Shown here piece by piece: positions 39,571 to 56,330 of a DNA stretch of 64,000 bases. How positions within the stretch are numbered: position 1 is the stretch's first letter; each line of letters opens with the position of its first letter. A program made the translations under genes and the position numbers. This DNA comes from the human T2T-CHM13v2.0 reference genome, Homo sapiens. The stretch is taken from NCBI RefSeq assembly GCF_009914755.1, contig NC_060937.1, one strand, 5' to 3'. The notes under the pieces are model-generated. The model had not been told where the DNA came from. It ran no database searches and was given only the letters and a program-made list of their open reading frames with translations.

Positions 39571-40679
39571 TCATTTAGAAAAATAATGTTCAGGAAACCA
39601 GGAATAAAAGATACGTTAATAAATCTTATGAAGGATATATCTGTGAACTCAAGAGTTAGCATCAAATTTAATGGTGATTAATTTTCTCTTAAGATAGGGA
39701 AAAAAGAAAGCAGGTTCAGTTTGCTATTTCTGTTTTGTTGGAGGTGCTACCTAGTGAATTATTTAAAAAAAAAAAGAATTGCAAAGGAAGAAATTGATCT
39801 GTGAATTAATAATTCATAAACAGCATAATTATACACATAGAGGTTTCAGTGTAATCTAGAAACATACTATAAAAACTACATTTAGTAAGATCATCATCTA
39901 CAAGCTCAATTAAGAAAAATACATTATGTTTCTATGTACTTTTTAAAAATGAAAAATCACCCTGGGAGTAATATTGATAGGATAAGAGCAAAACACACTT
40001 TCTGATATAAATGTTCTGTAATATAATTCATATGATAGTACCATAGGTGGATGCATTTGGCAAAACTCATTAATATTTTACACTTTAAAAAACCTTGTTT
40101 TACTGTATAATATATCTATGTTGTTTGTAAAAGAAAAATGTTTTAAATTCAATGAATAGTAAAATTAAAAGTTTGTATCAAATAAAATGAGTTTTGTATT
40201 AAAACAAATAGGAAATAGATTGGACATTAATGATCTCATTTATAGTACCAGAGGAAAAAATAAAATATTTTGGATTAAACTCAAAAACAGTATCCCATAA
40301 TTTGATGGTGATTATTTTAAATTATTTCTAATCAAACTAAAAGAGGGGTAATCCAAAATATATTCCACACTCATGTGTGGCACATATGGGCATGTGCACA
40401 CAGACACACACATACACACACACACACCTCTGTAAGACTATCCAATCCATCCAAGAACATTTATTTTAGAACTTGACAAGAAATTAGCTAAACTCATCTT
40501 CCTGAAGAAGTAAATATATTAGTATAGACCACAAGAAAATGTTGAAAAAAATAATGATACCAGAGGATATCTATGTATTAAAAGATGTTATTAAACTATT
40601 ACAAGTAGTTAAAAACATTCACAACTATTACAATAACTTACAGGGTGATATCATTAGATATTGCTTAAATATTTGTGAA

Positions 40680-41070
40680 TGTGATGAGCTGAATAATGCT
40701 CCACAAAAGATGACCAAGTCCCTATCGCTTGAATTTGTGAAGATATTGAGATGGAGAGATTTTTTTCCGGATTTTCCAAGTGCATCACATGTAATCACAA
40801 AATGTCTTTATAAGACGGAGATAGGAGATTAAAGTGATGCTCATATTCCATGTAGTGATAGAAGCAAGAGGTAAGAGAGAAGCAAGGAAGGGAACAGGAG
40901 TCAAGAACTAGGCTGGAAAAGGGAGAAAGTGCAGTCTCCCCTGAAGCCTCCAGAAGAAATGCAATGTTGGCATAATCTTGATTTTAGATGTCTGAACTCC
41001 AGAAGTGTAAAAGAAAAATGCTTTTTTGTTTTATGGAAAAGTGTGTGGTAACTTGCACTGCTTGCCAAGT
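40680..41070 (+). mobile_element. MLT1C/D LTR
   Basis: Starts TGTGATGAGCTGAATAATG; contains TTGAGATGGAGAGATT, AGCCTCCAGAAG and CTGAACTCCAGAAGTGTAA. Confidence 0.75.
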
Positions 41071-41109
41071 TGAAAAAAAAAAAAAAAGGAATCCAGGATT
41101 CATAGGGCA

Positions 41110-41490
41110 TAATGAGAAAAGCAAAGTATGATAAACATATAAATGGAGAGATTATTAAGCGCCAAATAACATCAGGATTTGAAGACTGTGTAGTAACATA
41201 TTTGAATTTATTTTAAATAGTATGTGAACTCACTGAAGAGTATTTTTTAAAGGAAGAAGAAAGATAGGCTTATTTATATTTTATAAATTATTATACCTGA
41301 TATGTGATCAGCTGTGTATGAAGTGTAGTGAACTATGGATGGAATTTGGGAGTCTGTTGCAGCACTCTAATGAAGAGAAGACGTAAGTTGATATAAGACT
41401 CTGCTGAAGATGAAAAATAAATTTGTGCACATGTGAAAAATTTGACAGGCTTTGCTGATGGATTAGATGTGGGGCTGAAGGAATGGACCA
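41110..41490 (-). mobile_element. L2 fragment
   Basis: CACTGAAGAG..TGACAGGCTTTGCTGATGGATTAGATGTGGGG. Confidence 0.6.
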
Positions 41491-41933
41491 GAAATAATAT
41501 GTCTCTCCTGAAAATCTTGTCTTCTTTCTTTATAAAAATATGTGAGGAATTTGGTTTGTTGTAATTATATTTTTGCCGTGAATTAAAATCAGAAAAAATT
41601 TATTTTGTTTCTTATTTTTATTTTAATCATTGGATTATTTTGTTATTAGTATATACTTTAACTGGAATTTCTTCATGTATTTTGCCCCTTCACTGGTTCA
41701 TTTACAAAAATTTTTAATAAACAAATATTATTGATTGGCTATAGTTCTCCAGACAATATAATGTAAATACAAGTCTTGGTTCCTACTTAACAGAATAATT
41801 CACTTTTCATTGAATAATTTTTGGGATCATTGAAACTTCACTTTGATTATAGAGTCAAAATATTTTAACTTATTGTTAGCATATGTAAGATATATAAAAG
41901 CTATACCCAGATTTCATAACATAAGATTTCCTT

Positions 41934-42215
41934 GGCTGGGCATGGTGGCTCACGCCTGTAATCCCAACATTTTGGGAGGCCAAGGCAGGTGGTTCACCTA
42001 AGGTCAGGAGTTTGAGACCAGCCTGGCCAACATAGTGAAACCCCGTCTCTATTAAAAATACAAAAATTAGCCAGGTGTAGTGAGGCATGTCTATAATCCA
42101 AGTTACTCAGGAGGCTGAGGACAGAGAATCATTTGAATGTGGGAGGCAGAGGTTGCATTGAGCCAAGATAGTGCTACTGCACTCCAGCCTGGGAAACAGA
42201 GTCAGACTCCTTCTC

Positions 42216-42242
<27 letters not shown>
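41934..42242 (+). mobile_element. AluSx-like
   Basis: Full dimer with a long A tail. Confidence 0.94.
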
Positions 42243-42250
<8 letters not shown>

Positions 42251-43095
42251 TCTTGGTATAACTATTTACTAGAAGTTTAATAAGTTTTCTGTTATTTTTA
42301 AAAACTAATTGGGAATGTTCCATGTAAATCAATAACAATTTAACCTTTAAATAATACATCTGAAATCATTTAAATATATCATCAAAACATTTTTGGACAT
42401 GACATGTCTGCTATATTTCTATAACTTTTAATCTTTATGACCTTGTAGTCACAAAAATTTTCTCTCAAGTATTCTAACATCTGTGTTGATTTCAGCAGCA
42501 CTATGCTGAAGAATTTTTATTAGTATTTTCCATTTTTTTAGGAAGGCTAATCTTTCTATCAGCTTCAATACCTATAAAATTAAATGAAGCCACAATTTAC
42601 AAATTAAAATTTGTTAATGTAGGCTATTCATGAAAGTTCCTAATTCATATTTGTGCTCTGCTTCATTTTGTATGGGGAAAAATTAAGCTGAAGGTAAAGT
42701 CTAGTTAAAATAATTACCAAAATTACATTAAAATAATTTTAAATGGGTACAGACTAATTAGTTCATTAAAATCATTAACATGTCAGTAAGTTAAACACAA
42801 ATCTGACATTTACTTCCAACAAAATTTTGGAAAAAGTTGATTGGAAATTCTGAAGTAACTATATTCAGAAAAAAAACTGAAAACGATTGGAATTCAAAAG
42901 TCCTGCCTTTCTCTATTACTAGTGGGTCTGTCAATGAGAAATCACAAATAGAGACTGAATAAGGCAATGTATGATTGACTCTCCCACGTGAACTTTCAGG
43001 ATTGTGTTTTATGTTTTTGTGGAAATGCTATCACTTCATAAAACGTTTCTTTTCCTTTCCAGAGGCTAAGATGCTAAACTTCAATTGACAATACT

Positions 43096-43158
43096 AGAAG
43101 GAGGGAAGGGGGAAGGAGGGAAGAAGTGAGGGAAGAAGGGAGGAGGGAGGGAGGAAGG
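43096..43158 (+). repeat. Polypurine (GGAA/GGGA)n tract
   Basis: Nearly pure G/A run with a single T interruption. Confidence 0.85.
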
Positions 43159-43241
43159 CTAACAAGTTAAAAATCACCAAAAGTAGTATTCTTACAGCAG
43201 TAAATAAACATGTCATAACTTTTATATGTGAACATACTGAA

Positions 43242-43790
43242 TGTCAAGAACTTAAAAGCCTGAAATTGTACCCCACTTACATGTTAACAAGTTAGCCTTT
43301 AACAAGTTAGCTTTTCATAGTTTCATGGATACTGGCTGGAGATACAGAGCTCCTGCATCAGAAATGAATGACTTTATTACACACAGCACAGCTGACTGTC
43401 TGAACTTCGTATTGCTACCAGTTACTCACATTTCAAGTTACTCACTCTTAAGTCTTGTGGGAATGATGCAGGTGCAGGCCCAAGTGAATTCTACTCATGT
43501 GAAGCTTTTGATTCACAGTTTAGAAATTCCAAGTTTAGTAAACATCAATTTTTTATAAGGGACTTTAAGCAAATATGTCCAACCTTTGCTGCAGAGAGGA
43601 CATTATCTTTATTATAGTATATAGCAAATGAATCCATTCTGTGCTCCAGGTGAAAACGTTATCATTATCTTTCATGATTATTTGCTACGCAAGTACATAT
43701 TCTTTAAAAGACAGTCAAGAACAGAAGCTTTCATCACCATATCTTCTTACTGGATTTGCAGAAATATGTGTCCATGGAAAATTTCCTCAA
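43242..43790 (-). mobile_element. ERVL LTR (MER70/74/76-type)
   Basis: TGTCAAGAAC..TAACAAGTTAGCC..AGTTTCATGGATACTGG..GACTTTATTAC; same family as 56115-56330. Confidence 0.6.
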
Positions 43791-44398
43791 TTAGAGCTAC
43801 TTAATAAATGGACATACACTGGCCATTAAATATATATATGTGACACAGGATTTGGGGAGATTGTTTACGAGGTGACACTCTTTCAAAGGATGTGTGTAAA
43901 ATCTTAACGTCTATCAGTCTTATGGAATTAAGCAAATTATTTAACCTTTGAAACCTATTTTCTTCACATTTAAAGTAGTATGTCCTCTACATCCCTAACA
44001 GAAGTATAAAAATCTACTCTGATAATGTAATTGAAAAAGTTGTATAAACTTTAAAATATGGTACAGTTTTTAGTTATCATATTAATTAATTAGGGTTGAT
44101 GTGCTTTTATGTTTTTATTTTTAAAATATTTGTTATAGTAACAGTTTAATTTCTTGCATTTTATAAAAATAATTTTGGATGTTAAACTTTTGTAATTGTT
44201 GCTTATATGATTACATATTAGTCCACTTTCACACTGCCAATAAAGACATACCCGAGACCGGGCAACTTACGAAAGAGAGAGGTTTAATGCATTCACAGTT
44301 CATCATGGCTGGGAAGGCCTGACAATCATGGCAGAAGTTGAAAGGAACATCTCACATGGCGGCAGACAACTGAAGAGCACTTGTGCAGGGAAACTGCC

Positions 44399-45026
<628 letters not shown>

Positions 45027-46389
45027 TAAAGCCATCAGATCTTGTGAGACTTATTCATTATCATTAGAACAGCACAGGAAAAGCCTGCTCCTATGATTTA
45101 ATTACCTCACACCAGGTCCCTCCCACAACACATGGGAATTAAAGATGAGATTTGGGTGAGGACACAGCCAAACCATATCGTTCTGCCCCTGCCTCCTTCT
45201 AAATCTCATGTCCTCACATTTCAAAACCAATCATGCCTTCCCAAAGTCCCCCAAAGCCTTAACTCATTTCAGCATTAACCCAAAAGTCCGCAGTCCAAAG
45301 TCTTACCCGAGACAAGACAACTTCCTTCTAACTATGAACCTGTACAATCAAAAGCAAGTTAGTTACTTCCTAGAGACAATGAGAGTACAGGCATTTGGCA
45401 AATACAGCCATTCCAAATGGGATAAATTGGCCAAAACAAAGGGGCTATAGGCCCCATGCAAGTCCAAAATCCAGAGCACAGTTAAATCTTAAAGCTCCAA
45501 AATAGTCTCTTTTGATTCCACGTCTCACATCCAGGTCACGCTGATGCAAAAGGTAGGTTCCCATGGTCTTCGGCCATCTCTGCCCCTGTGGCTTTCCAGA
45601 GTACAGCCTCCCTCCTGGCTGATTTCACGGGCTGGCATTGAGTGTCTGCAGCTTTTCCAGGAGCATGGTGCAAGCTCAGTGGATCTACCATTCTGGGGTC
45701 TGGAGGATAATGGCCCTCTTCTCACAGCTCCCGTAGGCAGTGCCCCAGTAGAGACGCTGTGTGGAGCCTCCAACCCCACTTTTCCCTTCCACACTGCGCT
45801 AGCAAAGGTTATCCACGAGGGCCCTGCCCCTGCAGCAAACGTCTGACTGGGCACCCAGGCGTTTTCATACATCTTCTGAAATCAAGGCGAAGGTTCCCAA
45901 ACCTCAATTCTTGACTTCCATGCACCCACAAGCTCAGCACCATGTGGAAGCTGCCAGGGCTTGGGGATTCTACCCTCTGAATGAACAGTCCAGTCTGTAC
46001 CTTGGCCCCTTTTAGCCATGGCTGGAGCAGCCGTAATACAGGGTACCAAGTCCCTAGAATTCACAACGGGGCTCTGGGCCTGGCCCATGAAACTATCTTT
46101 TTCTCCTAGATCGCTGAGTCTGTGATGGGAGGGGCTGCCAGGAAGACCTCTGACATGCCTTGGAGACATCTTCCCCATTGTCTTGGGGATTAACATTTGT
46201 CTTCTCATTACTTATGCAGATTACTGCAGCTGGTTTAAATCACTCCTCAGAAAATGGTATTTTCTTTTCTATTGCATTGTCAGGCTGCGAATTTTCCAAA
46301 ATTTTATGCTCTGTTTCCCTTTTAAAACTGAATGCCTTTAACAGCACCCAAATCACCTCTTGATGCTTTGCCGCTTAGAAATTTCTCCC

Positions 46390-46748
<359 letters not shown>

Positions 46749-47058
46749 CTAGGGCAGGGGCAAAATGCCTCCAGTCTTTTTGCTAAAACATAGCAAGAAT
46801 CACCTCTATTCCAGCTCCCAACAAGTTCCTCATCTCCATCTGAGACCACCTCACCCTGGATGTCATTGTTCATATCATTATCAGCATTTTGGTCAAAGCC
46901 ATTCAACAAGCCTCTAGGGAGTTCCAAACTTTCCCACATTTTCCCATCTTCTTCTGAACCTTCCAAACTGTTTCAGCCTCTGTTACTCAGTTCCAAAGTC
47001 GCTTCCACATTTTTTGGGTATCCTTTCAGCAGTGCCCCACTCTACTGGTACCAATTTA

Positions 47059-47400
<342 letters not shown>

Positions 47401-48609
47401 AAAGACATACTTGATACTGGGCAATTTACAAAAGAAAGAGGTTAATGCACTCACAGTTCCACATGGCTGGGGAGGCCTCACAATCGTGGTGGAAGGTGAA
47501 AGGCACATCTCACATGGCAGCAGATAAGAGAATAAGGGGGCTTGTGTAGGGAAATACCCATTTTCAAAACCCTCAGATCTTGTGAGACTTATTCACTATC
47601 ACAAGAGCAGCATGAGAAAGACCCTCCCCCATGATTCGATTACCTCCCACCAGGTCCCTCCCACAACATGTGGGAATTCAAGATGAGATTTCTGTGGGAA
47701 TACAGCCAAACCATCTCAGATTATTTATAATAAAATATTCTATATTTATTCCTGGTTACAAGTACCTTTAAAAATATTGAACTATTAATATTAAACTATT
47801 AATCTCAGAATACTCCTTCAATGTTATTAACCAACACTGCTTCTCAAATATACAAAAATTTAACTGTCAGAAATTTGTTTTCATGAACATATATATCCAT
47901 GCTCTATTTAATTATATGTATTATCTAATTTTACTGAGGCAAAATTTGAATTTCAGGTAGATGTTTTATTATCAGGAGAAACCTGATTTCTAACAATTTA
48001 CTTTCAGAAAAGAAATCCTACCAAATTAATAAAAATCTAAGGTCTGGATTCATTTGAAAGGGTAGATCTACTTGTAGTTCTAATTTATTTCTCCCAACAT
48101 TTCATCTTTAATAATTTAAGCCTATAAGAATGTTGTAAGCATAGTGTGGAATCATAAACCAAATATACTTCCTCTAGCTTCATCAGTCATCATGATTTTG
48201 TCCCAATTCCTCTACACATATGCATCGTTTTCTAGTTCATTGTGGACATAATGCTTCATTCCTATCTCCTGTGGAAAATGGCATTCTATTACATCATAAC
48301 AATGACCATATATGTGGTACAATCAGCCAATACAATATTTATATAATATTGTAATCTACAGTCCACATTCAGATATCCTCAATGGTCCCATTAATATATT
48401 TCATGTTTCTTTTTTTATTGTCTGTGTTTATTTTTTCCAATACTGCATGCACAATAGATTATGCTCTTTTTTTTTTTCTCTTAGTTGGCATCTTTCTTGA
48501 AGAAATGTTTTTGCAATATACCTTTGGATTTAAAGTCATCACAGTTCACTGAATTTTTTCAGCACTGTTTTCTTTAGTCTCTGGGTGTATTTTTTTATCC
48601 TCTGCCAAA

Positions 48610-48905
48610 AGTTGGATACAAGGTATAAACTTTCAGTTATAAGATGAATAAGTTTTGGGAATCTAATATACAGCGTGATGACTATTGTTAATAATACTGT
48701 ATTTTATACTAAAATTTGCAGAGAGAGTGATCTTAAATGTTCTCACCTCATACACACAAAAGGTAGCTACATGAAGTCATAGATGTGTTAATTACCTTTA
48801 TGGAGTAATCATTTCACATTGTATACATATCTCAAATCATCACATTATATACTTAAATATATACAATTTTATTTTTTATTTATATCACAACAAAGACAGG
48901 AAAAA
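48610..48905 (+). mobile_element. L1MA9/L1MB-type 3' end
   Basis: AAACTTTCAGTTATAAGATGAATAAGTT..GATCTTAAATGTTCTCACC. Confidence 0.8.
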
Positions 48906-48959
48906 ATATGTTTATACAGAATAGTGATTAGTATTGACTCAATTAGTTTTTTTTTTAAG

Positions 48960-50224
48960 AACACTCCCTCCCACTAAAGGGTAACAAGAATAGGTAAGTT
49001 TCACATATTATTTTATACTTTATACAAGTGGAATAATACAGTACATATTCCTTTATGTCTGGTTGCTTTTGCTCAGCATTAACTCTCTAAAATTCATCCA
49101 TCCTTTTGCTAGTTCTCTTATTCCCTTGCTTTATGCATTTCGTTGTGTGAATACACCACACATTATTTATCCATTCTACTACTTGTGGGTGTTTGGATAA
49201 TTTTAAATTTGTTCCACTATAAATACGTATAATCTAATCATCCCACTACCTGACATTTTGGTGAATATATAAAGAAAAAACTAGAAGCATGACAGCTTGA
49301 ACATAGAGTATGTCAAGGTTTTATTGTAATAGGAAAACCCAGAAATATTTTCTAATGTGACTATAACAAGTTACCCTTCCTCCAGCAGTGTATAAGAGTT
49401 GTGGTTGTTTCCTATCCTTACCACATATGACATTTTCAATATTTCCATTTTAGCCATGCTGCTAGGTTATTAGTTGTGATACATTATAGTTGCATTTTTA
49501 ACTTATTTATAATTTTGAGCACTGTTTATATCTTCCTAACAATAAAACAGTGCTCCTGTTGTATTGTCTCAATTTTTAGTCATTAGTAAAAATTATCTGT
49601 CTTATGGATTTGAGTCCTTCCTTAGATATGCATTTCCAGTAACTCTTTCTATTGTTAGTAGTTTTGTTTATTCTTATTGCTATCTTTTGTGAACTAAAGT
49701 TCTTGATTTTAATATGGTCCAATTTATAGTTTATATTTTTATTAGTAGTACATTTTTGTCATATTTCTTTGTATGCTTTAATGTCATCAAAATGCTTTAA
49801 ATTTTCTTTTCCTTTTCATTGAAATTCACTTGAAATTGTGTATGTGTGTATAGTGTAAGATAGGGAGGATAATTTTCTTCTTGATAATATGATATTGATC
49901 CCAATCGGGTGGTCACTTATAAGCAAGTGTACTTCTGGAATCTGTATTCTGTTATATATTTTAGTTTCTGTAAACTTACACCAATACCACATTATTTTAA
50001 TTACTATAGTTTGATGGTAATTGATATTTGATTGTTCAGCTTTTATTCGTCTTTAAGACTGCTCTATCTATATGCAATTTGCATTTTGATATACATTTTT
50101 AGAATAAGATTAATTTAAAAAGAATTAACACACAATACCAAGTTCTTCAATATATGAATATATTGGTCTTAATATTTTTTTAGGTCTTCATTAGTGATGT
50201 TTTGTAGTTTTCTGTGAAGAGGTC
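48960..50224 (-). mobile_element. Ancient L1ME-type fragment
   Basis: Antisense L1 landmarks TTTATCCATTCTACT, CCAGCAGTGTATAAGAGTT and CCAATACCACATTATTTTAATTACTATAG. Confidence 0.7.
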
Positions 50225-50251
<27 letters not shown>

Positions 50252-50269
<18 letters not shown>

Positions 50270-50548
50270 GAGACGGAGTCTTGCTCTGTTGCCCAGGCTG
50301 TAGTGCAGTGGCACAATCTTGGCTCACTGCAACCTCCACCTCCAAGGTTCTAGCTATTATCCTGCCTCAGCCTCCCAAGTATCTGAGATTACAGGCACAT
50401 GCCACCACGCCCGGCTAATTTTTTATTTTTAGTAGAGACAGGGTTTCACAATATTGGCCAGGCTGGTCTTGAACTCCTGACCTCGTGATCTGCCCACCTC
50501 AGTCTCCCAAAGTGCTAGGATTACAAGCATGAGCCACCACACCCAGCC
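50252..50548 (-). mobile_element. AluSg/Sc-like, with (AT)n at 50225-50252 next to its tail
   Basis: Antisense dimer with CCTGACCTCGTGATC. Confidence 0.93.
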
Positions 50549-50884
50549 ATATTTTTGCTATTTTTCTAATTATTTGTTAAATTTAATTACATTATGAAAG
50601 CAATATTTTTAATTTTAATGTCCATAATCTGTTAACTTTTATTATATTGCTGGTTTTATTGGTTAATATACTATTTTTACAATTTTTGTCCCTATGGACA
50701 TCTCTTTCTTTTCAGTGTTTTTACTGTGGTTGTAATGAACACAATTATCATAATTCATGCTAACTAATAAGTATTTTCAAACTTTTGAAAAACATATCTA
50801 AACACTTTAAAAAATAAAAATATGAAATAATTATATTTCTAAATATTCAATACAAACTAACTGAGTAAAATATTTGGACATATA

Positions 50885-51990
50885 ACATTAAAAAGCAGTA
50901 AAGTATAGAAAAGACAATATACAGATTGAGTGGAAATATTTGCAAGCCATAGACCTGATAAGAGATTATGTCCAAAATACATAAGGAACTCAAATAACTC
51001 TCTTTACAAAAACAAATCTGGATAAAAAAATGGGCAAAGGATCTGAATGGACATTTCTCAGAAAAAGACATATAATGACCAACAGATATTTGAAAAAAAA
51101 TTCAATATATCTAATCGTTAAGGAAATGCAAATCAAAACTACAAGATTTCATCTCCCACCTATCAGAATGGCTATCATCAAAAAGACAAAAATTACCCAG
51201 TGTTAAAAAGGATATAGAGAAAAGGGAGCCCTTGTATACTGTTGGTGGCAATTTAAATTAATACAGCCATTATGGTAAACTGTATTAAGGTTCCACAGAA
51301 AATGGAAAAATAGAATTATTATATAATCCAGCAATGCCACCTTTGGGTATTTATTCAAAAGATTTGAAATCTGTATGTTAATGAGATGTCTGCACTTCCA
51401 TATTTATCACAGTACTATTTACAATAGCCAAGTTATAGGATCAAGTCAAGTGTGCATCAACAGATGAATGGATAAAGAAAATGTGTCATATATACACAAA
51501 AGAATACTATTCAGTCTTAGGAAAGGAAATTATGTCGTTTGTGACAAGGTGCATATGCATGGATAACATTATGTTAAGTGAAATATGTCAGGCACAAAAC
51601 AGCAAATTCCACATGTTCTCGCTTATATGTGTAATCTAAAAAAGTTGAATTTATTAATGAAGAAAACAGAATGGCAGTTACCAGAAGCTGAGGATGTGGG
51701 GTAAATGATGAGATGGTAGTCAAAGGTTACAGCACCTCAATTAGACTATAGGAATAAGGTTTGTTTATTTGAGATCTACTGTGCAGCATGGTATATATAG
51801 TTAATAGTAGTGTATTGTACATTTCAAGATTGGTAAGGGTAAATTTCAAATGTTCCCACCAAAAAAAAAGACAAGTGTTTGTGGTGATGGATATATTAAT
51901 TACCTTTATTTAATTATTTCATATTATATTCATGAATCATAACATCATTTGTACCCCATAATTTGTCAATTTACAATAAGAAATTTTTAA
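50885..51990 (+). mobile_element. L1MA-type 3' part
   Basis: AAATGGGCAAAGGATCTGAATGGACATTTCTC, GAAATGCAAATCAAAAC and an L1MA-like 3'UTR. Confidence 0.85.
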
Positions 51991-52364
51991 ACACCTTCAA
52001 ATTGAATAAACATAAGGCATGAAATATCTATTTATATACAGCTAGTAAAACTGGGAATTTTAGAAAATCAGCACATTTTAATCGTTTTATTTATGAATAA
52101 AAAGGTAATCTAAAGAGAATAAGAAAATAATTTCCCATTGTAATCAGATTTAGCCAATTCCCTTTAACATAATTTATAATTTCATTTCCAAAACTTATAT
52201 ATTTTAGAAATGTAACTCTTTGCAAATCAATTATATTTATATTATAAATCATCACTTAGTTGGATAACTTCCACATTACTTAAGGAATACAACTTCTTCT
52301 TTGATTTGTGAACTAGTTACCTGAGGATATTTAAATACAATAAAATATATTGTGTTGTCTGTGA

Positions 52365-52805
<441 letters not shown>

Positions 52806-53055
52806 TGTTTTTTGTTGCTGTTGTTTTTTGTTTTTTGGGTTTTTTTGGTTTAACTTTTATTTTAGGTTTTGGGGTACCTGTGAAGGTTTGTTATAAAGGT
52901 AAACACCTGTCACAGGGGTTTGTGGTACATATTATTACATCACCCAGGTATTAAGCCCAGTAACCAATGGTTACCTTCTCTGCTCCTCTCCTTTCTCCAT
53001 CCCTACCCACTCAAGTCGATCCTAGTGTCTGTTTCCTTCTTTGTATTCATAAGTT
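52806..53055 (-). mobile_element. L1PA13-15-like 3' end with decayed tail
   Basis: AACTTTTATTTTAGGTT..GGTTTGTTATAAAGGTAAAC..CACCCAGGTATTAAGC. Confidence 0.85.
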
Positions 53056-53169
53056 GAAAATTTTTCTAGTCTTAAAGGAAAGTTTCTATTATATTCATAT
53101 TTCTTCACTAAAATTTTCTTATACTGCTTTAGCCATGCTACCTTCTGATACACATGCCTAAACAATTAA

Positions 53170-55310
53170 TACACTTTATTTTTAGAACTGTTTCATATTT
53201 GAAAGAAAAAAAAATGCAAGAATAGTGCAGCAGATTGTCATGTATCCTATGCTGTTTTTCCAGCTATTACAGTCTTATACTAGTATGGTTTATTTTTTAC
53301 AATTAAGGAATTAATGTTTATATATTATAGGCCATATTCTATATTTTGTCAATAATTCCAGTCCTTTTTTCTGTTCTAAAATTCCATGTAAGATACCATT
53401 TTGACTTTAGTTTTCATTTATTCCTAGGCTCCTCATGGTAGTGAGAGTTTTTCAGACTTCCTCTTCTTTTTTTTTGACCTTGACAGTTTTAAAGAAGATT
53501 GGTCAAGTATTTTGCAGAGTGTCCCCCTAGCAGAATTTGTCTAATTATTTATTTATTTAGTAATTAGATTTGGTTGATGTGTTTTTGGGAGGAAGACCAC
53601 AGTGGAAAGTACATTCTCATCATAGTATAGGGTACATGCTATTGATATGATTTATCACTGTGGATGTAAATCTTGGTCAACTAGCTGAAGTACTGTTATT
53701 CAGTAGACTTCTATATTTTATTTTCTCTTTTCATACTGTACTTTTTGGAAAAATTGTACTCTTTAGAATTCTTTTGCATAAGTGATTTTTCTCTTCTTCC
53801 CTTATTATTTTTTCAGTCATTTATTTGTATTGATATGAATACTTGAATATATACTTTATACTTTGGTATGTAACCCAATACTACTTTACTTATTTTACTT
53901 GTTTTATTGCTCAACTGGTTTCATCTTTGGCCATTGAGCTCTTTTATTTGGCTACTGTATTCTTTTGACATACCCCCATTACAGTAGCTTTATTTTTTCC
54001 TATAGTGTTTTGTTTGTTTGATTAACTTTCTAGCACTACAGTGTTACAATGTTTCAGTATGGTTCCTTTAACTGAAGAATAGTATTAGAAATCAACATCT
54101 GGGCTCTGAGTGTGCTCTTTGCTACTGGTTCATTCTTGACAATCTTATATGGATATATACATATATGCATGTCTACTAACTTGTATATATACAAATATGT
54201 ATAAGTAATTCTATATAAAGCTATCTGTATTTATATTAAGCAAAATGTCATTTTTCAGATATAGATCATTTTAGCCTTCATGATCTGTAAATTATTTGTC
54301 ATTTGCACATCTTCTTTAGTTGACGTCTTTTCGGATATTTGGCCCATTTTGAATGGATTGTTTGCTTTCTAATTTTTTAATTAAAGTTCTTTGTTTGGAC
54401 ACACATCCTTTATCAGATCTTGTACATAATTTATTAGAATAATATCTATGTTTTTCATTTTCTTGTAATATTATAAATGGTTTTGTGATTTCAAATTTCA
54501 AGTTCTAATTGTCCATTACTGATATATAGGATAATTTGGTTTTGTAAAATAACCAATGTCCATGGTACACAGTTCTACTAGTATTAAGTATTTTCTGTCC
54601 ATTGTTTGGGGTATTCTATACAGGCAATTGCGTGATTTAGAAACAGGCACAGTATTATTTTTCCCTTTGATATATGCATACTCCTTATTTCCTTTTCTTG
54701 TCTTATTGCACTATCTAGAATTTCCAATATGAGCTTGAATACGAATGGTAAGAGAAAATATTCTTGCCTTGTTCATGACCTTAGGGGAATATCTCTGGTT
54801 CCTCAGCATTAACTATGTTAGCTATAGAATGTCTGTAGGTGTGCTGTATCAAGTTTAGGAAGTTTTCCTATGTTCCTAGTTTGTTGAGCATTTTTTTGAA
54901 AAAATTATTCAATTTCATTAAATGCTTTCTATGAATCAATGTGACCATAAATGTTTCTTCTTTATCTAGTTTATGAGTTAGATTGTATTGATTTTTTTTT
55001 TTTGGCCATGTGAAATCAGGTTTGCATATTTGTAATAAATCTCCCTTAGTCGTGGTGAATAATTAATGTTGTACATTGTTAGACAGAATTATCTCACATT
55101 TTGTTTAAGTGTTTTTTTGTTCTTGTGTTTGTGTTTGCTTATTGCTTTGGCATCCATGGCTATAAGAGAAGAAATATTAGTTGTATTTATTTTTGTAATG
55201 TTTCTATCTGGTTTTGGTAGTAGGGTAATGCTAGCCTAATAGAGTGATTTAGGAATTGTTTCTTCGCTTCTATTTTCTGGGAGATATTGTGCAGAATTGC
55301 TATAATTTTT
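53170..55310 (-). mobile_element. Ancient L1MC/L1MD remnant
   Basis: TGACCTTGACAGTTTT, GGGAGGAAGACCACAG and antisense ORF2 CTTGCCTTGTTCATGACCTTAGGGG. Confidence 0.75.
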
Positions 55311-56114
55311 TTTAATATGCTGTTTGAACAAAATAAGGATTTGTTTTCATCCTAACTATATTTATCCCTATAGCAATGTTCACCAGCTGGACTCCTTGCC
55401 AAAATGAGCCAGATTATATTAAGAAAAAAATTAAGCTATTTTATCCTTTATCATTTACATTTTTAAACACATTTATTGACTCCATACAAAATTAAATATC
55501 TACATACTGTTAAATTTAATTAACATACTAACTACATTTCCCTTTTTCATTAAAATATTCTCAATGCCTAGCTCAATAAATAGTACGCACTCAGTAAACA
55601 GTCATTGCCTGATCATGCCTCCACACACACACAAATGCGTTTGGCAAAAATGTTTCAACAACTAAAAAATCAAGTTGCTGACTTAGTATAAAGAAGAATA
55701 ATCTTATATCTTTTTAATGCTTAATGAAAACAGTAGGAAATCACTACTTGTAGAGAGATAAGGTATGGTGAAATATCTTATACCAATTTGCCTCCTACAA
55801 ATTAGCTAGCTAAAACAATAGTGGAACTGAATTTTCACCATATCTATGACATATAAATAGCTATACACTTTAAAATAATGTCCTATAATATGAACTGCGT
55901 TGTTGAAAATGAGAGGTGGACATTGGCATATTAACACTATAAAAAGGGCACTAGTTTTTAAATTGTTAAAATTCTCATTGTCATACAGCTAGATAATCAG
56001 TATATGTCAATGTCACATTTAACACACTAATGAGAGAACCAGCAGAATGGCAGGGCTTATTAAAATTTAATATGAGAAACTGAGACTTACATAGTGCTGA
56101 AATAAGATTGTTAG

Positions 56115-56330
56115 TTTCAAGAACTGTGAAAAGTGTGAGAATTTTATACTACTTTCAGGCTTGACACAGTTTCATGGATACTTGTAGAACACACGAGATT
56201 CCTGGGTCAGAGACAGAGGACAGTTAATCAGAGCAATATAAATAATCAGAGTACAGCATTTTTGTTTTTGTTTTTACTTTCGTTCAGTTCCATGATCTCT
56301 AATACCTACAGGTTATTGGAATATGTCAAA
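56115..56330 (-). mobile_element. ERVL LTR fragment (same family as 43242-43790)
   Basis: TCAAGAACTGTGAA..CACAGTTTCATGGATAC..CCTGGGTCAGAGACAGAGG. Confidence 0.6.

Noticed and set aside
43284-43313. 15-bp tandem repeat TTAACAAGTTAGC(C/T)T
   Set aside because: An ordinary slippage duplication inside an old LTR.
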